Positions 25,151 to 37,742 of a stretch of 64,000 nt of DNA are shown piece after piece. A program made the position numbers and the translations under genes. Positions within the stretch are counted from its first letter, which is position 1, and every line of letters starts with the position of its first letter. The notes below the pieces were generated by a model. The model saw only the letters and a list, made by a program, of their open reading frames with translations, searched no databases and was not told the DNA's origin. Source of the stretch: Raillietiella orientalis (Eukaryota); assembly GCA_036172245.1 (NCBI GenBank), contig JAYWIR010000096.1:1-64000 (forward strand). The letters run 5' to 3'.

Positions 25151-26245
25151 GGTTGTTCACACGCGGATGTGCCGGGGCATTTATTTCATAGAAATAAAAT
25201 TACAGAAAAATGTCGCGTGGCGAACCCGAAGGTTTACCACTCCAAAACAGCTTGCTGGTTACCGGCTCCGTGCCGGAGAGGTCCTTCCGATGCGCGGGGA
25301 TGGGAAATAAAGAAAAACAAAAAGAAACAAAAAGTTCAAATGTGGGGGCGAACAAATGTTGTAGGGGTGGGAGGGCGGGGAAGGGATCACGGTGCGCGTG
25401 GAGAGGTCCTCTAGATCCTATTCAGGATCCGCACAAGCTGAGTCCTTTCAGCGCCCAAGTGGCGCCACTTGCAGACACTTCGCGCGAAAACGCGAGTCCA
25501 GTGTAAGGCGTTGCCGGTTGGCTGACGCCTACTTCTGGTGGCGTTGCAAGCCGCCACAATTCCTCTGATGCAGCAGAGGACTGCTACACTAGCGGGCGGG
25601 GACAAGGCGTCACTACAGAAGAGGCGCCTGAAAACGTCCTTTGGGCCGCATCCGCGCAAGTCCAGGATCGCCGCGAGACGATCCCATAAAGGGCGGATGG
25701 CACTGCACTCCATGAGAAGGTGGGGGAAGGTCTCTTTTTCCCCGCACCGGTCACAATAAGGATCCACAGCCCCCCGGGTTGTGTGATGAAGGCGTGCTTT
25801 GAATGGAAGTCCCCAGAGCACCACAAGCAGACCACCTCGACCCGCTGCCCTCCGCTCCGTATTGACAGGCAAAGAATTTTATGGTGGGCAATGCCCATCT
25901 TTTTGATATCATTGCCGAACTTTCGCGCCCTTAACGGGAAATATAAATTGCCTACCTTGTAAAGGAGGGCCGGATTGTAGCCCTCCTGGATGTAGGATTG
26001 GATTTCGGCGGCGACATCGGGTGTTTCCGCCGCTGCCACCGCGCTCCAGGCCCTCGCCGTAGCTGCGGGTTTAGAAGAAGTAATGGGGCGTGATCCCACC
26101 TTTTTTGGCTTGGGAGGCGCGGTCTTCCCGCCTCCCTCACCTGAAACTGCGGCGTTTACAGGCATTTCTGCCTGTCAACGGCCGCGAAACACACACGGAA
26201 CACCAGGAAAGAAAAACTCCCTATCCACGGAGCGCAAAACATTGG
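25151..26245 (-). mobile_element. ~1.1-kb mini-element: 5' UTR/ORF1 start fused (~25826) to family D 3' end
   Basis: MPVNAAV..QRVEVVC joined to LLWCSGD..CDRCGEKETFPHLLMEC; 25151-25825 near-identical to 49073-49750. Confidence 0.88.
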
Positions 26246-26724
26246 AGTCCGCAGTTTACCGCCTCCGAAGGAGCTACTACTCCTCTTAGTACTCGGAGGA
26301 GCCCAGCACCGCGCAGTCAAGCGCTACTCTCGTCGCTGATGCGAGACTTGGGCGATGTCCTTGCCTCGTTTCCCTCAGCAAAGCTGCGTCTCCTGCCGAA
26401 AGGCCTCGATTTGCGCCAACTGAACAAATGGCGTCCGATCACCTTAGTGAATTCGCACGTCAAGTTTTTCTCGAAACTTTGGGTGGCGCGGATGGAAGGA
26501 TCGCGGTGTCTTTGGTAAGACCGGAGCAGACCAACGCTGTTCCTGGGCGGACCATGGAAGCGAACATCTTATCCATCCGCACATGGCTGCAATTGCAGCA
26601 TCGCGTGGGGATGGATCGTCGTGCGGAAGCAACGCCTTCGATCTCTCACAAACGGAGGCGCGGGTGGCAAAGGGTTACCTCGGGAGCCTTGGCGATTGCC
26701 TGCGATTTGCAGAAAGCTTTCGAT
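26246..26724 (+). mobile_element. F-like linker/RT N-terminal fragment ending at KAFD
   Basis: VYRLRRSYYSS, LRLLPKG, WRPITLVN, DLQKAFD. Confidence 0.85.
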
Positions 26725-28534
26725 GTTCACCCGGATTTCTCCGGGGCGTTTACTGTTGAATAAACATGAAAATTATTTATGGCTGGAGCATTGCCACAGC
26801 CATAAAGAATTTTAACATGAAGTTTTTTTTTTAATACGCTGCCGGCTTCCCCCTCGGTTGCCGGTGCGTCTTCCCCCTTCTTTGTCGGGATGCGCCTCTC
26901 TGGATTTTTGGATTTCCGTCCAGTTTCCTTCAGAGGAACCTCCGCGGAGGAGGACGCACTTCCGGCATCCGGTTCGTGGTCACCTGTCGGAGTTGCCTGG
27001 TCGCGGCCGGCCTTCGCAAGGCCTTTCGCCCTCCGTTTTCACGGTTCGCGAGTTCGGCCGCGAGCTCTTCCGCCGCCTGTTGGAAGGCGTCGTCCTCCAT
27101 TGCGGCGAGCGCGTCGCTCGGCTCCCCTTCTGTTTGCGCAGAGGGTTCGCCTTACTCGTTCGCGGCTATGACGTCAACGAGGCGGGGGATATCTCCTTCG
27201 TTGGAGGTCTCGGGGATCTCCACGCGCTCCAAAGCGACCGAGCATTCGCGCAGCAAAGCGCGGCGTTGCCTTCTATTTCAAGAAGTTGTCGCGGGTTCCG
27301 CTGTCCGTTCCTCGGTTTTACGGATGTTTTGACTTTTCGGCTTCGCTGTTCGCCAGTTCTCGTTGTAACCAGCGTCGTCGGGAGTTATCTTGACCGCCGT
27401 TTGCTAAGAGCATTCGGACTCTGGCTTTTTTCTTGGACTTTCCTTTGCTTCTTCTGGCTTGCTTGTTTTCTCCAAGCGTTTCCCCTTACCTTTTTTCAAG
27501 ACAGAGGGGGCTGGAGGTTTCCGCTTTGGGCACACTTTTTGGAGGTGGCCCTTCTTCCCGCAGGGGAAACACTGGATGTGAAGGCACCGTTTTTTCAGGT
27601 GCCCTGTTGCATCACAGTGCCCACTGTAATTGGGCTTGCCCACGTACCAGACGTCGACGACCTAGTTGCCAACGGCGAGTACGTGGGGCAGCCCACCGTT
27701 TTCGTGGACGGTCACACGCGCTGCAGCCATGCCACTGAACAGTCTTGCGTATGTTTGGGAGACTTTGGGCTTGGTCCAGAGCGCAAGCACCGTATCATGT
27801 ATTTGAAATTCTTCCTGAAAGCCAGCTTTGGTCATGCGAAGAGTTGCAGAGGTTAGGTGTGCAACAATGGAGCGGTCCTCCGTTACGGGGAAGACTTTTC
27901 GGCCTTCCAAAGTGATGGGAGTGTTCAGCAGGCTCTGAGCCAGACTTGCATTTTTCAAGTCACCTCCACCCGCTGGCCCCCACTCATCACGGAGAGACCT
28001 TCCAGGTCTTCCTCTTTGACATCCAACCGCTGTAACTCTCTTTCAAAGTTACGAGCGGCGTTTCCCACAAATAGATTGTATACCTTGTAAATCAAGGACG
28101 GCTTGTATCCTTGTTCCAGGTAGGCCGGTTGTTCTCCTCAGGCTGCGGAAGATGGCGCTGCAGCCACGGAGCTCCAGGTCCTCGTGAATGGTGCAGACGG
28201 ATCCAAAGACGCGGTTGCTCTCTTTTTCAGGGAAGCGGTTGCGCCCATTTCCAAGGCAGCGGTTGTCCCCTTTTTCAAGGGGGCGATTGCTTCCTTTTCC
28301 AAGAGAGAGTCTGCTTCCTTTTTCAAGAAGGCTGTTGCCCTCTCCTCCGTGGGGGCAGTTGCCCTCACCTCATTGGGTTGGGGAGAGGTACAATCCTCTC
28401 ACCCGCCGACTTCCATCGCGGTGTCCTCAGGCATTTCTGCCATTGGACACCGCAGATGCACCACACACTCACACTAACGCAACGAACGGCTTTACAACAG
28501 TCGCTGGAGAGCGTGGAAAAAACACGTCCGCACG
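26725..28534 (-). mobile_element. Deletion derivative (B): 5' end + disrupted ORF1 joined to ~110 bp of an A-like 3' end
   Basis: GGACGTGTTTTT head at 28530; CFPCGKKGHLQKVC; 3' end TAAACGCCCCGGAGAAATCCGGGTGAAC. Confidence 0.85.
28205..28362 (-). repeat. About 6-7 degenerate 24-bp coding repeats (LKKxATAS-like) in ORF1 N-terminus
   Basis: ATAPTEER ATAFLKKE ADSLLEKE AIAPLKKG TTAALEMG ATASLKKR ATASL. Confidence 0.75.
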
Positions 28535-29752
28535 CCAAGTTGATAGCGAAGCTGTAGGCAGAGCGTCTGGGACGGGTTGCCAACATCTTCATCAGCCCTG
28601 AACAGATATATGCTGTTCCCAGGCGGAGCATGGAGGCAAACCTGGAACACGCTTTCACATGGTTAGAGCTCCAACAAGGAAGGGGCTTATTGAGCAGCCG
28701 GAATTCCAGTGCGTCCGTTGGCGGGACACGGGACACTCCGGTGGGAAAGGAAGCCCTTGCGGTCGCTGGGAACTTGCGTAAAGCATTCAGACAGCGTCGA
28801 CGAGAATCTCCTGCTGGAGTTTCTTAAACGCTTGGGCTTCCCGGTTTCTTTGTTGGCCCACCTGCGCTGCTGCTGGCGCGAAGCGCTCATCAACGTTTCT
28901 TTCAACGAGCAGACCGTGCACGGCGTGTCGGTGCGGCGTGGGATCCGGCAGGGAGACAGCCTGAGCCCCTTGCTCTTCAGTACCTACTTTGAGTTGGTAC
29001 TGAGAGCGTACAGGGGAACTCTGGTGCACCTGTTGCCCGACTGTGCCGGTACGCCGGCCGTTTCAGCATACGCGAACGACCTTCTGCTGCTGCTCCCTAT
29101 GTCCACCCCGGCTGCGGCTGTCGAGTTCTTCGACCTGCTGCATCGGGGAACAGGACTTACGGTGAACAGGGCGGAGTCGTCCGTGATGCCAGTTTGTGCG
29201 GCGTGGGCAGGGCAGCAGGACTGGGTCCGTTTGGGGATCCCCACGGTGAGGTACTTCAAGTACCTTGGTGTGCCGTTGGGGGAATACTCCCCTGTGGAAG
29301 CGTGGTCCGGCTGCCTTCAGAAGGCTCAGGCGGCGATCGGCCCGTTCCAGGACGGCAGGTTCAACCTGTGGGAACATGCTGCGGCGTGAAACGCGTTTGC
29401 GGCCCCCATTCTCCGCCCCTTGCTTTTTGTATGCCCCGCCCCCGTGGAATCAAAAAACCGGACGAAGGACCTCCTCCGCATAGCTCTTTGGGGCAAGGGG
29501 AGGCCCCGATTCCGTTTGACGGACCTTTGCGCTCCGCGTCGGGACGACGGTCTCAGCATCCTGACGCTGGAGCGCGTGGAAATCCAGATGCGATAGCGGA
29601 CCCTCGCCATCGCAGCGAAGATGTGGAGCACCGCTTGGTGCATTCCGGCCCGCCTCCTGGCCAGGCGTGTGTCCCTCTGAGAAGGACTCGCATCGTTTCT
29701 TCTGTGCCCTGGCCGGAAGATTCGAAGGTGCAGTCTACTGCTCGGCGCTCCA
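28535..29752 (+). mobile_element. A-like RT core fragment, no termini
   Basis: AKLIAKL, GIRQGDSLSPLLF, YANDLL, YLGVP; similar to 32960-34150. Confidence 0.9.
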
Positions 29753-32700
29753 GGGTGAACGTGTTTTCTCGGTGCTCCTCGTGCCAGAAAGTCTCCCCCA
29801 GTGCAAGCGTCGTGTGGTTCGGTGGTCGATCAGGCAGCGATGCCTGACGAGACCACCAGGGATGGCCAGGAGGCAGCGGCAACGCCGCCCCCAGAGGCGA
29901 TGTAGAGCCAGGGGGCGACGGCAACGTCGCCTTCAGAGGCGATGGAGGTAAGGGCATCCGCCCCCACAGAATCGGTTCCCGCTGCAGCGCGGGCGTGGAA
30001 CGCCGTTGTGTCGGCGCCATCGCCTGTAGCCGCGGCGGAATTGTTGGCCTATGTAGAGGAGGGGTACAACCCCTCATTGTTTTACAAGGTAGGCAATTTA
30101 TATTCTTTAGAGAACGCACGCGCCTTCTTGAAGGGCATGCGCGCTCTCGATGTGAAAGAGGAGGAGCTCAGCGCTATGACCATCCGCAGCGGGGGTCAGT
30201 ACATTGAGGTCATCGGCAAACATGCAGAGCTGGCCCAGCGACGGCTTAAAACCCCCTTGGTGATGGGAACGCGCAGGCTCCTCCCTATTACGGCGGACCG
30301 CACCATGGTGGTCCACCTGTTAAGTGTTACCGCGCGGATGCGTAAGGAACAGGTTCGCGCCGCGTTGGAGAAATACGGAACGGTCCACGCGCAGTGGACG
30401 AAAGTAAGTCCTTTCGAGGACTACACGGGGCTGCAACACGGCCTCACTGCTGCGCGCGTGATTGTTCGGGAGGGCTGCACTCTTCCCCACAAACTGGTGG
30501 TCGAAGGCGAAACCGTCGACCTCTGGTATGTGGGGAAGCCGAAATACTGTGGCTTCTGCAATACGTCGGGCCACCTCAAAAAGAGGTGTCCCAATGTGCA
30601 GTGCCAAGTATGCGGAACCATGGGACACACAAGGGAGGTGTTCCCAAAAGCAGCAGTGGGGGTGGTTTCCAAGAGAATCCTTAAAAAACGCGCCCGGCTT
30701 CTGCAGAAAAGGCTAGCGGCGAAAGCTCCCTCGAAGGCTGTGCCACCCGCGCCCAAGACCCAGGCCGCACCCGTGACCCCGGCGACCAACGCCGAAAAAG
30801 TTGAGGGAGCCGGTCAGGACACTGGGTGGCAAGCTGCAACGCCAAAAAATCAAAGAAGGAGAGAAAAATGGAAAAGAAAATCGCCTACAAACAGAGGCAG
30901 GAAGAGCAGGGTAGCGCGATTATTAAAGAGTGCAGCGTCGTTGTCGAACGCGTTCTCGATGTTGCCGAACGCTGCCGGAAAAAACTCGCCGCTTCCGACG
31001 ACCTCTTCTCTGTTGACACAGTCAACAGCGAGGGGAGCGAGCCGGCGGCGGCGTCCGTCATCGACACCACCATCGATGACGTAGCCTTAGCGCGAGCCGC
31101 GGAGGAGGTGGCAGCCTCGTTGCAGCGAGAACCCTTTAAGGCTGGCAAGAAGGCCGAAAGGCGTCCGGCCTCTCTTCAGGAGTCCCCCACTTCCGACCCG
31201 AGGTGGAGGCCGGAAGCGCAGCCTCCGTTTCCACGGCACCGCGCAAGAAGTCTGGACGTAAGTCCACAAAGCCAAGGAAGCTCGCTTCCCCCGTCGAAGG
31301 GGAAGAGATGGCTTCCGCAAGCAAGGTTGCCATGAGCGTGGGAAACTCTCGGGACCCGTCGCCCGAGAGAATCCCACGTGCGGACACGGAGGGGATGGAG
31401 GGGGTGGAGGCCGAACAGGTGCGTCAGGTGCCTGAGAAGGCCGGAACCCTCATGGACATCCCACCCGCCTCGCAAGAGGAGGGCTCCCCCACACCTTAAT
31501 CTTCCCAGCAGTAATGCCGGGAATCTCCTCCCGCCGTCGTCTGCGCATCGCCGTTTGGAACGTGAACGGCATGACAGACGCCTGCAGGTGAAAAGTCATA
31601 TCCGCCCTAATGGAGTCCTACGTCCTTGCGCTGCTGCAGGAGATCCACGTGATCTCTGCAGCACAAGCGCAAGAGATCGAACGGATCTCCGGAGGGCGGC
31701 TATGGTACAGGTGTGGGAGAGCGAAAAGTTAAGGTGTCGCCTACCTGCTTCGGCCAACGGTCGAGGCCGCGGCTCGGGGCGTGCGGTTCGACGATCACGG
31801 TCGTGTCGGCCAGCTGACTCTCAGGTGGTGCGACTCGATCGATCTGATCGTCACGAAGGTGTACGCACCGAGCGGCAAGGACCTGATGACCAGGAGGGCG
31901 GGGAAAGAGTTTTTCCTTCCTTCCCTAGACTGGCTGGCCGAAGCAGGCGTGCGGAATGCCCATCTGGTTGCAGGCGATTTCAACGTTCGCCTGAAACCAG
32001 ATGAGCAGAATCCCGAGCGTGACCTGGTCAACGAGGTGTGCATGGCGGTGCACACCTGTAATCTGTTGGCCAGTGCACCGGAGATGGAAGACAGCATTGA
32101 CCAAGTGTTTCTTGACGAGCACCTGTGCCCTCGCGTGGGCAGGCGCGGCAAGTTACTGTGCGAGCTGTCCGACCATCGCCTGCTAGTCCTCGAAATCCAT
32201 CCGCGCGACAAAGGCTTCCCCTCGTCAGCGTGGCGTCTCCCAGGTGACTGGCTGAAGCTCCCGGACGCGGCCGAACATCTCCGCACGTTCATACGGAGCT
32301 TCAGGCTGCGGACACTCCAGGATTGGGACCGCTTCAAGCGGTCGGTCCAGGAGTTTTGCGACCAGTTCCCTCTGCACCGCCTACCTACGGGTTTTGGGAC
32401 CGGGGTCCGTAACGAACGAGCCTACCTGCAGGCCCGCTTTTACGCCAGGACCCCCGACATCCGCTGGCTGGCGGAATACAAAGCGGGAGCCGAGAGGCAA
32501 GCCTGGCAGTCAGGATCGGCCAGCCCACTGGACGATCAGGGCCAGGAGCACTCGGCACCCGCTTAAATCCGCGGCCTGCTGCGCAGTTACTACTCCTCCC
32601 TGTATGCCAGGGCACCTCCAAAGAGGAACGTCTCACGACTCCTGCTTCCGGAAGGCGCTCCAGCAATCGGAGAGGAGCAGAGAAAGAACCTCGACGAGCC

Positions 32701-35312
32701 TTTCACGATGGACGAGATCCTCTCGGCCATCGGAAAGCTTACGAGGCGAAAGGCTCCAGGGGGGACGGCCTGCCCGCGGAGTTTTATCAAACTTTCGCGG
32801 CTGAGCTTACCCCCCTGGTACAGCAACTCACCTTGCTGATACGCGAAACAGGTGACGTTACCGCCTCGTTTCGTTCGGCAAAGGTGCGGCTCCTCCCTAA
32901 GGGAGGAGATCTGAGGAGCATGAACAACTGGCGTCCCATCACAATAGTGAATGCGGACGCCAAGTTGGTGGCCAAGGTTTGGGCAGAGCGTCTGGGACGG
33001 GTTGCCAACATCTTCATCAGCGCGGAACAGACATATGCTGTTCCTGGGGGAAGCATGGAGGCGAACCTGTTCCATGGTTCCACCTGGCTAGAGCTCCAAC
33101 ATGAAAGGAGCTTGGTGCGCAGCCGGAATTCCGGTGCGTGCGCCGGCAAGGGGTTGGATGGTCGTGTGGGGGAGGGAGCCCTTGCGGTCGCAATCGACTT
33201 GCGAAAAGCATTCGATTGCGTCGACCAGAATCTCCTTCTGGAGCTTCTGGAACGCTTGGGCTTCCCGCCCTCATTAATGGCCTATCTGCGCTCCTGCTGG
33301 CGCGGAGCGCTCATCAATGTTACTTTCAGCGGGCAGACCGTGCACGGCGTGCCGGTGCGGCGTGGGATCCGGCAGGGATACAGCCTGAGCCTTTTGCTCT
33401 TCAGTACCTACTTTGAGTTGGTACCGAGAGCGTACAGGGGAACTCTGGCGCTGCTGTCGCACGACTGTGCCGGTACGCCGGCCGTTTCAGCATACGCGGA
33501 CGACCTTCTGCTGCTGCTCCCCATGTCCACCCCGGCTGCGGCGGTCGAGGAGTTCTTCGACCTGCTGCATCGGGGAAGCGGACTTACGGTGAACAGGGCG
33601 AAGTCGTCCGTGATGCCAGTTGGTGCGGCGTGGGTAAAGCAGCAGGACTGGGTCCGTTTGGGGATCCTTACAATCAGGTACTTCAAGTTCTTTGGTGTGC
33701 CGTTGGGGGACTACTCCCCTGCGGAAGCGTGGTCCGGCTGCCTCCAAAATGTAGAGACGGCAATCGGCCCGTTCCGAGGCAGCAGGTTTTTCCTGCATGA
33801 ACGGGCCGCGGTTTGGAACACGTTCACGGCTCCTCTCCTCCGCTCCCTGCTTTTTGTTTGCCCCCCCACAGAGAGGATCAAAAAGCGGACGAAGGACCTC
33901 CTCCGTATCGCCCTTTGGGGCAACGGGAGCGCCCGATTCCGCTTAAAGGACTTGTGCGCTCTTCGTCGGGATGGTGGTCTGGGCCTCCTGACGCTGGAGC
34001 GGCTGGAGCTTCAGCTCCAGTTCCGCATGTCGGCAATCGTTCGAGAGGTGTGGTGCACCTGTTGGTGCGTCCCTGCACGTCTCCTACTCCAGCAAGCCAC
34101 CGGGAAGACGGGACTGACGTCGTTTCTTGCACTTCGTCGCCGCGTCAACCGATGCGGACTCCACCTACGGAGGGTGGCTGCGCTGTATCAAAAAAACCAG
34201 GACTGCTCACCTGTCACCCGTTGAACGGTAGTGCCTGGTTGCAGGAAACCGTTCGAACGTGATGACAGTTCGGCATGCAACGCTCCCAACAGGAACAGAG
34301 GTTCCTGTTTGGGGGTTACAGAAGTTGCACGCTTCCCGAGATCCTGGAGGATCCAAAGAAGAGAGCGTGGGCAGGAAGAACCCTCCTCGCTGCTGCGCTG
34401 CCCTCCCTGATTGAAGATCTGGACAGCGATGTGGCGGCGAAGTGGGTGGTTACAGTAACAATCTCCGGAATGCAGAAGAAGATAGGAGAGTGGAAGACGG
34501 GCCAGTTAACAGAGGCTGCGACCCCGAGTACGCCTCCCAATGGACTTATGCGCTGGGGCGCGCTGCTCGATGTTCTCATTGAACATCTGAGGTGGCCCCC
34601 GGTGCTCATGAACACTTTCGCCCTCCCCTTGAAATGGCAGGAGTCGGCTCTCCTGTAGCAGCACTGGGGACTACCCTGCAGCGCCGTTCGTCACCACTGG
34701 ACCTGGGGAGCGGTGGACCCCAATTGCGTCAGGTGTGGGCAAAGGGAGTCCCTCCCCCACCTGCAAGTGGATTGTGTTGCCCTTCGGCCCCTTTGGTTCC
34801 GCTTTTCCGCGGCCATCGGTATCCCCTGCGGCAACCCCAGGGACGCACCGAAAGCTCTCTTCGTTGCCGACGCCCTTCGGCCAGCGGCCTCGTTAGCAGC
34901 TTTGTGCTGCCTACGCGGGATCGTCAGCGCTTGGAGCAAGGCTACGAGAGGACAACGCCACCAGGGTGCCATCCAGCCAGCCTCCCAGTTCCTGAAAAGG
35001 GCGTCCCGATGGCCCCACCTGGATCCAGGAATACAGAAGGAGCTTGCCGGCATCCTGCAAAGGATGCAACGGCCCCAACAGCAACTGTGATCCCTTCCCT
35101 TACCCACTCAACTTTTCTTTTTCTTTTTTGTTTTCTTTTTTTTTTGTTTTTTCCTTTTCCCCCTGCTTCCGTGGTGAACCGTACCGGTCTGCGAACCGGT
35201 GACCCGGCAGGCTCTGTGTTTCTTCATGCGTGGCTGGAGCAATGGTCCAGTCACCGCACGTGTTTGTAAAAGTTTATTTTACAATAAACGTCCCGGCGAA
35301 ATCCGGCTGAAA
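29753..35312 (+). mobile_element. Full-length (~5.56 kb) family A LINE with frameshifts and stops
   Basis: GAACGTGTTTT head at 29757; ORF1 from 29840; TAATG at 31512; EN, RT (YADD), CVRCGQRESLPHLQVDC; stop 35090; AATAAA + hairpin 35283-35312. Confidence 0.95.
31514..35090 (+). pseudogene. Family A ORF2 (EN-RT-CCHC), disrupted
   Basis: Motifs spread over ORFs 31781-32566, 32833-34224, 34275-34658 and 34713-35090. Confidence 0.88.
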
Positions 35313-37742
35313 ATCAAACGCCTTGTGGAGATCGACTGCGAGCGCTAGGGCCCCCTTCCCTGCACAGCGTTCCCTTCCCATCGCGGCTAGTGGCCTCAAT
35401 GTGGGTTTGCCGACTTTCCCCATTCCTTTCTTTTCTCTTCTCTGCAGGTGCACCGATGTGCTTGCGAAGAAGAGGTTGGCATCCATACTTCGCCCGAAAA
35501 CAGCATAAGCCTGCTCCGGGTTAATAGCGGATTCTGCCACCTGTCCGAGACTCGAAGCCCTCAGCCCTGCTATCAACTTGGCGTCCGTATTCACGATCGT
35601 GATATGACGTCAGTTCCTTAAATCCCTGAGGTCTCCCCCTTTCGGAAGGAGCCTCACTCTGGCTGACCGAAACGAGGCGCCTACATCGCCTTCGTCTCGG
35701 ATCAGCGTGATCAACTTAAGCAGCAGGTGTGCGAGCTCTTCCGCGAAGCACTGAAAGAACTCCGCGGGAAAGCCGTCTTCCCCTGGAGCTTTACGCCTCT
35801 TGAGCCTTTTCATACTGGCGAGAATTTCGCCGGTGGTAAAAGGCTCGTCAAGGCTTTCCATCTCCTCCTCCCCTATTGCCGGGGCGCCATCCGGAAGCAA
35901 GCGGCGAAAGGCGTTCCGATCCGAGGGCTCACTGGCGTAAAGGGAGGAATAAAAACTCCGCATGTGCTGCCGTTCCGACGCCGGGGACGAACATTCCCGG
36001 CCCTGGTCGTCCAGCAATCTGGCCGACCCGGATTTCCAGGCTTGGCGTTCGGCCCCGGCGCGGTACTCGGCCAGGCGACGGACATTAGGGGTTCTCTCGT
36101 ACCTACATGCCTGTAAATAGGCCCGATGGTTGCGAGCACCCTCGACGAATCCGGGGGAGCAGGCGATCCAGAGGGAACTGCTCACAGAACTCGCGGACCG
36201 ATTCCTTAAAAGGGTCCCAGTCCCGCAGATTCCGAACCGTGACGCCTCTCAGATATTCGCGGAGGTGTTCTTTCGCACCTGAGAGTCGCGTCCAGTCCCC
36301 CGGCAGACGCCAATCCCTGGATGACGGTCCTTTGTTGCAAGACCGCATCAAGAAAATTAGCCGGGAATGGTCCCACAACGTCGACGCTACCCTCTCCCGT
36401 GTGCGACCCGTGAACACAGGTCGGCGTCGAGGAAGACGTGGTCGATGCTGCGGACCATTCCCCTCTCACATGCAAAGAATTTGCGCGCACGCATGGAGGC
36501 GCACAACTCGTTCATCGCGTTCAATTGTGTTTGAGTCTCACCTGTTAGCAGAAGGAGATTGAAATATCCCGCTATCAGGTGAGCCTTCCCCACGTCCGTG
36601 TCTGCCATCCAGTCGCGCTTCAGGGATTCCAGCAGCCTGGTACGGTCGCTGTATCCCTGTTTACCGCTGGGTGCGTACACATTCGTGACGATCAGTTCGA
36701 TCGAGTCGGACCAGCTGAGAATCAGCTGACCGACCCGACCGTCGTCATCGAGGCGCACGCCCTTCACGGCAGCGACGTTGGCCGGCTTCACGAAGAACGA
36801 TACCCCGCTGGTGTTGCGGAGTCCGCATCGCCAATACAACCGACCCCCCGCGATCGTCTCGATCTCCTGGGCGTCTGCCGCGGTGATCACGTGGATCTCC
36901 TGCAGCAGGGCCAGGTCGAGCTCACGGAGGGTGTCGGCCGTATCTCGCCTGTTTCCGTAGTCGCGACGCCCGTTGACGTACCAACAGCCGGCGCGAATCC
37001 GACGGCGACTGGCGAGCCCAGGTGTTACTCCTGGGAAGATGGCGATGCGGCGTCCGCCAGCTGTTGGGGCGGGACGCTAGGTGGAGGAGGAGGGTCAGGC
37101 GCTGTGTGCACCTGGTCCCCCTCCTCCATGCGTAACGGCGCGTCGAGCGGGTCACCCTCAGGTTGGGTCGCGCCTACCTGTTGGCCCTCCTCAATGGGGG
37201 TGGACTGTTCAGGCTCGGCGACTGCAGGGAGGACTTCGCCCTTCTGCTCACCCTCCTCCATGGGGGTGGCCGGCTCGACGGCTTCCGAGCGTGGGAGTTC
37301 CCCTCTTGGATTCCCACGCTACCGCTAGATTCCCGCTTCTCCTCCTCGCTGGTGGAGGGGAGGCGCCTCGTGGGTTTCTGGGACTTGCGTCCCGACTTCC
37401 TGGGGGGTGCCTTTGAGGAGGAGGATGCACTTTCGGCCCCCAGGTCCGACTAAACTGTGGGGGCCTTTTTCGCGGCTGCCGGCCTTCGCACGGCCTTGCG
37501 TGAGGGGTTCTCACGCTCCGCCAGCGTGGCCGCGAGCTCCTCCGCCGCCTTTGGGAACGCGGCGTCCCCGGTGTCGACCGGCGCGTCGCGTGGCTCACCC
37601 TCTGTTTGCACAGAGGGTTCGTCGTCGCGAACTTCGTGCGCGACGGAAACGGCGGGAGGAGGCTCGACGCCCCGGGTGGCATCTTCCGGAGCGACGATAC
37701 GTTCCAGTGCCACCGTGCACTCGCGTACGGTTTTCGAACGGG
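35313..37742 (-). mobile_element. Family E internal portion (ORF1 C-terminus, EN, RT up to KAFD)
   Basis: Closely similar to 44910-47330; ends at AVDLHKAFD. Confidence 0.92.
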
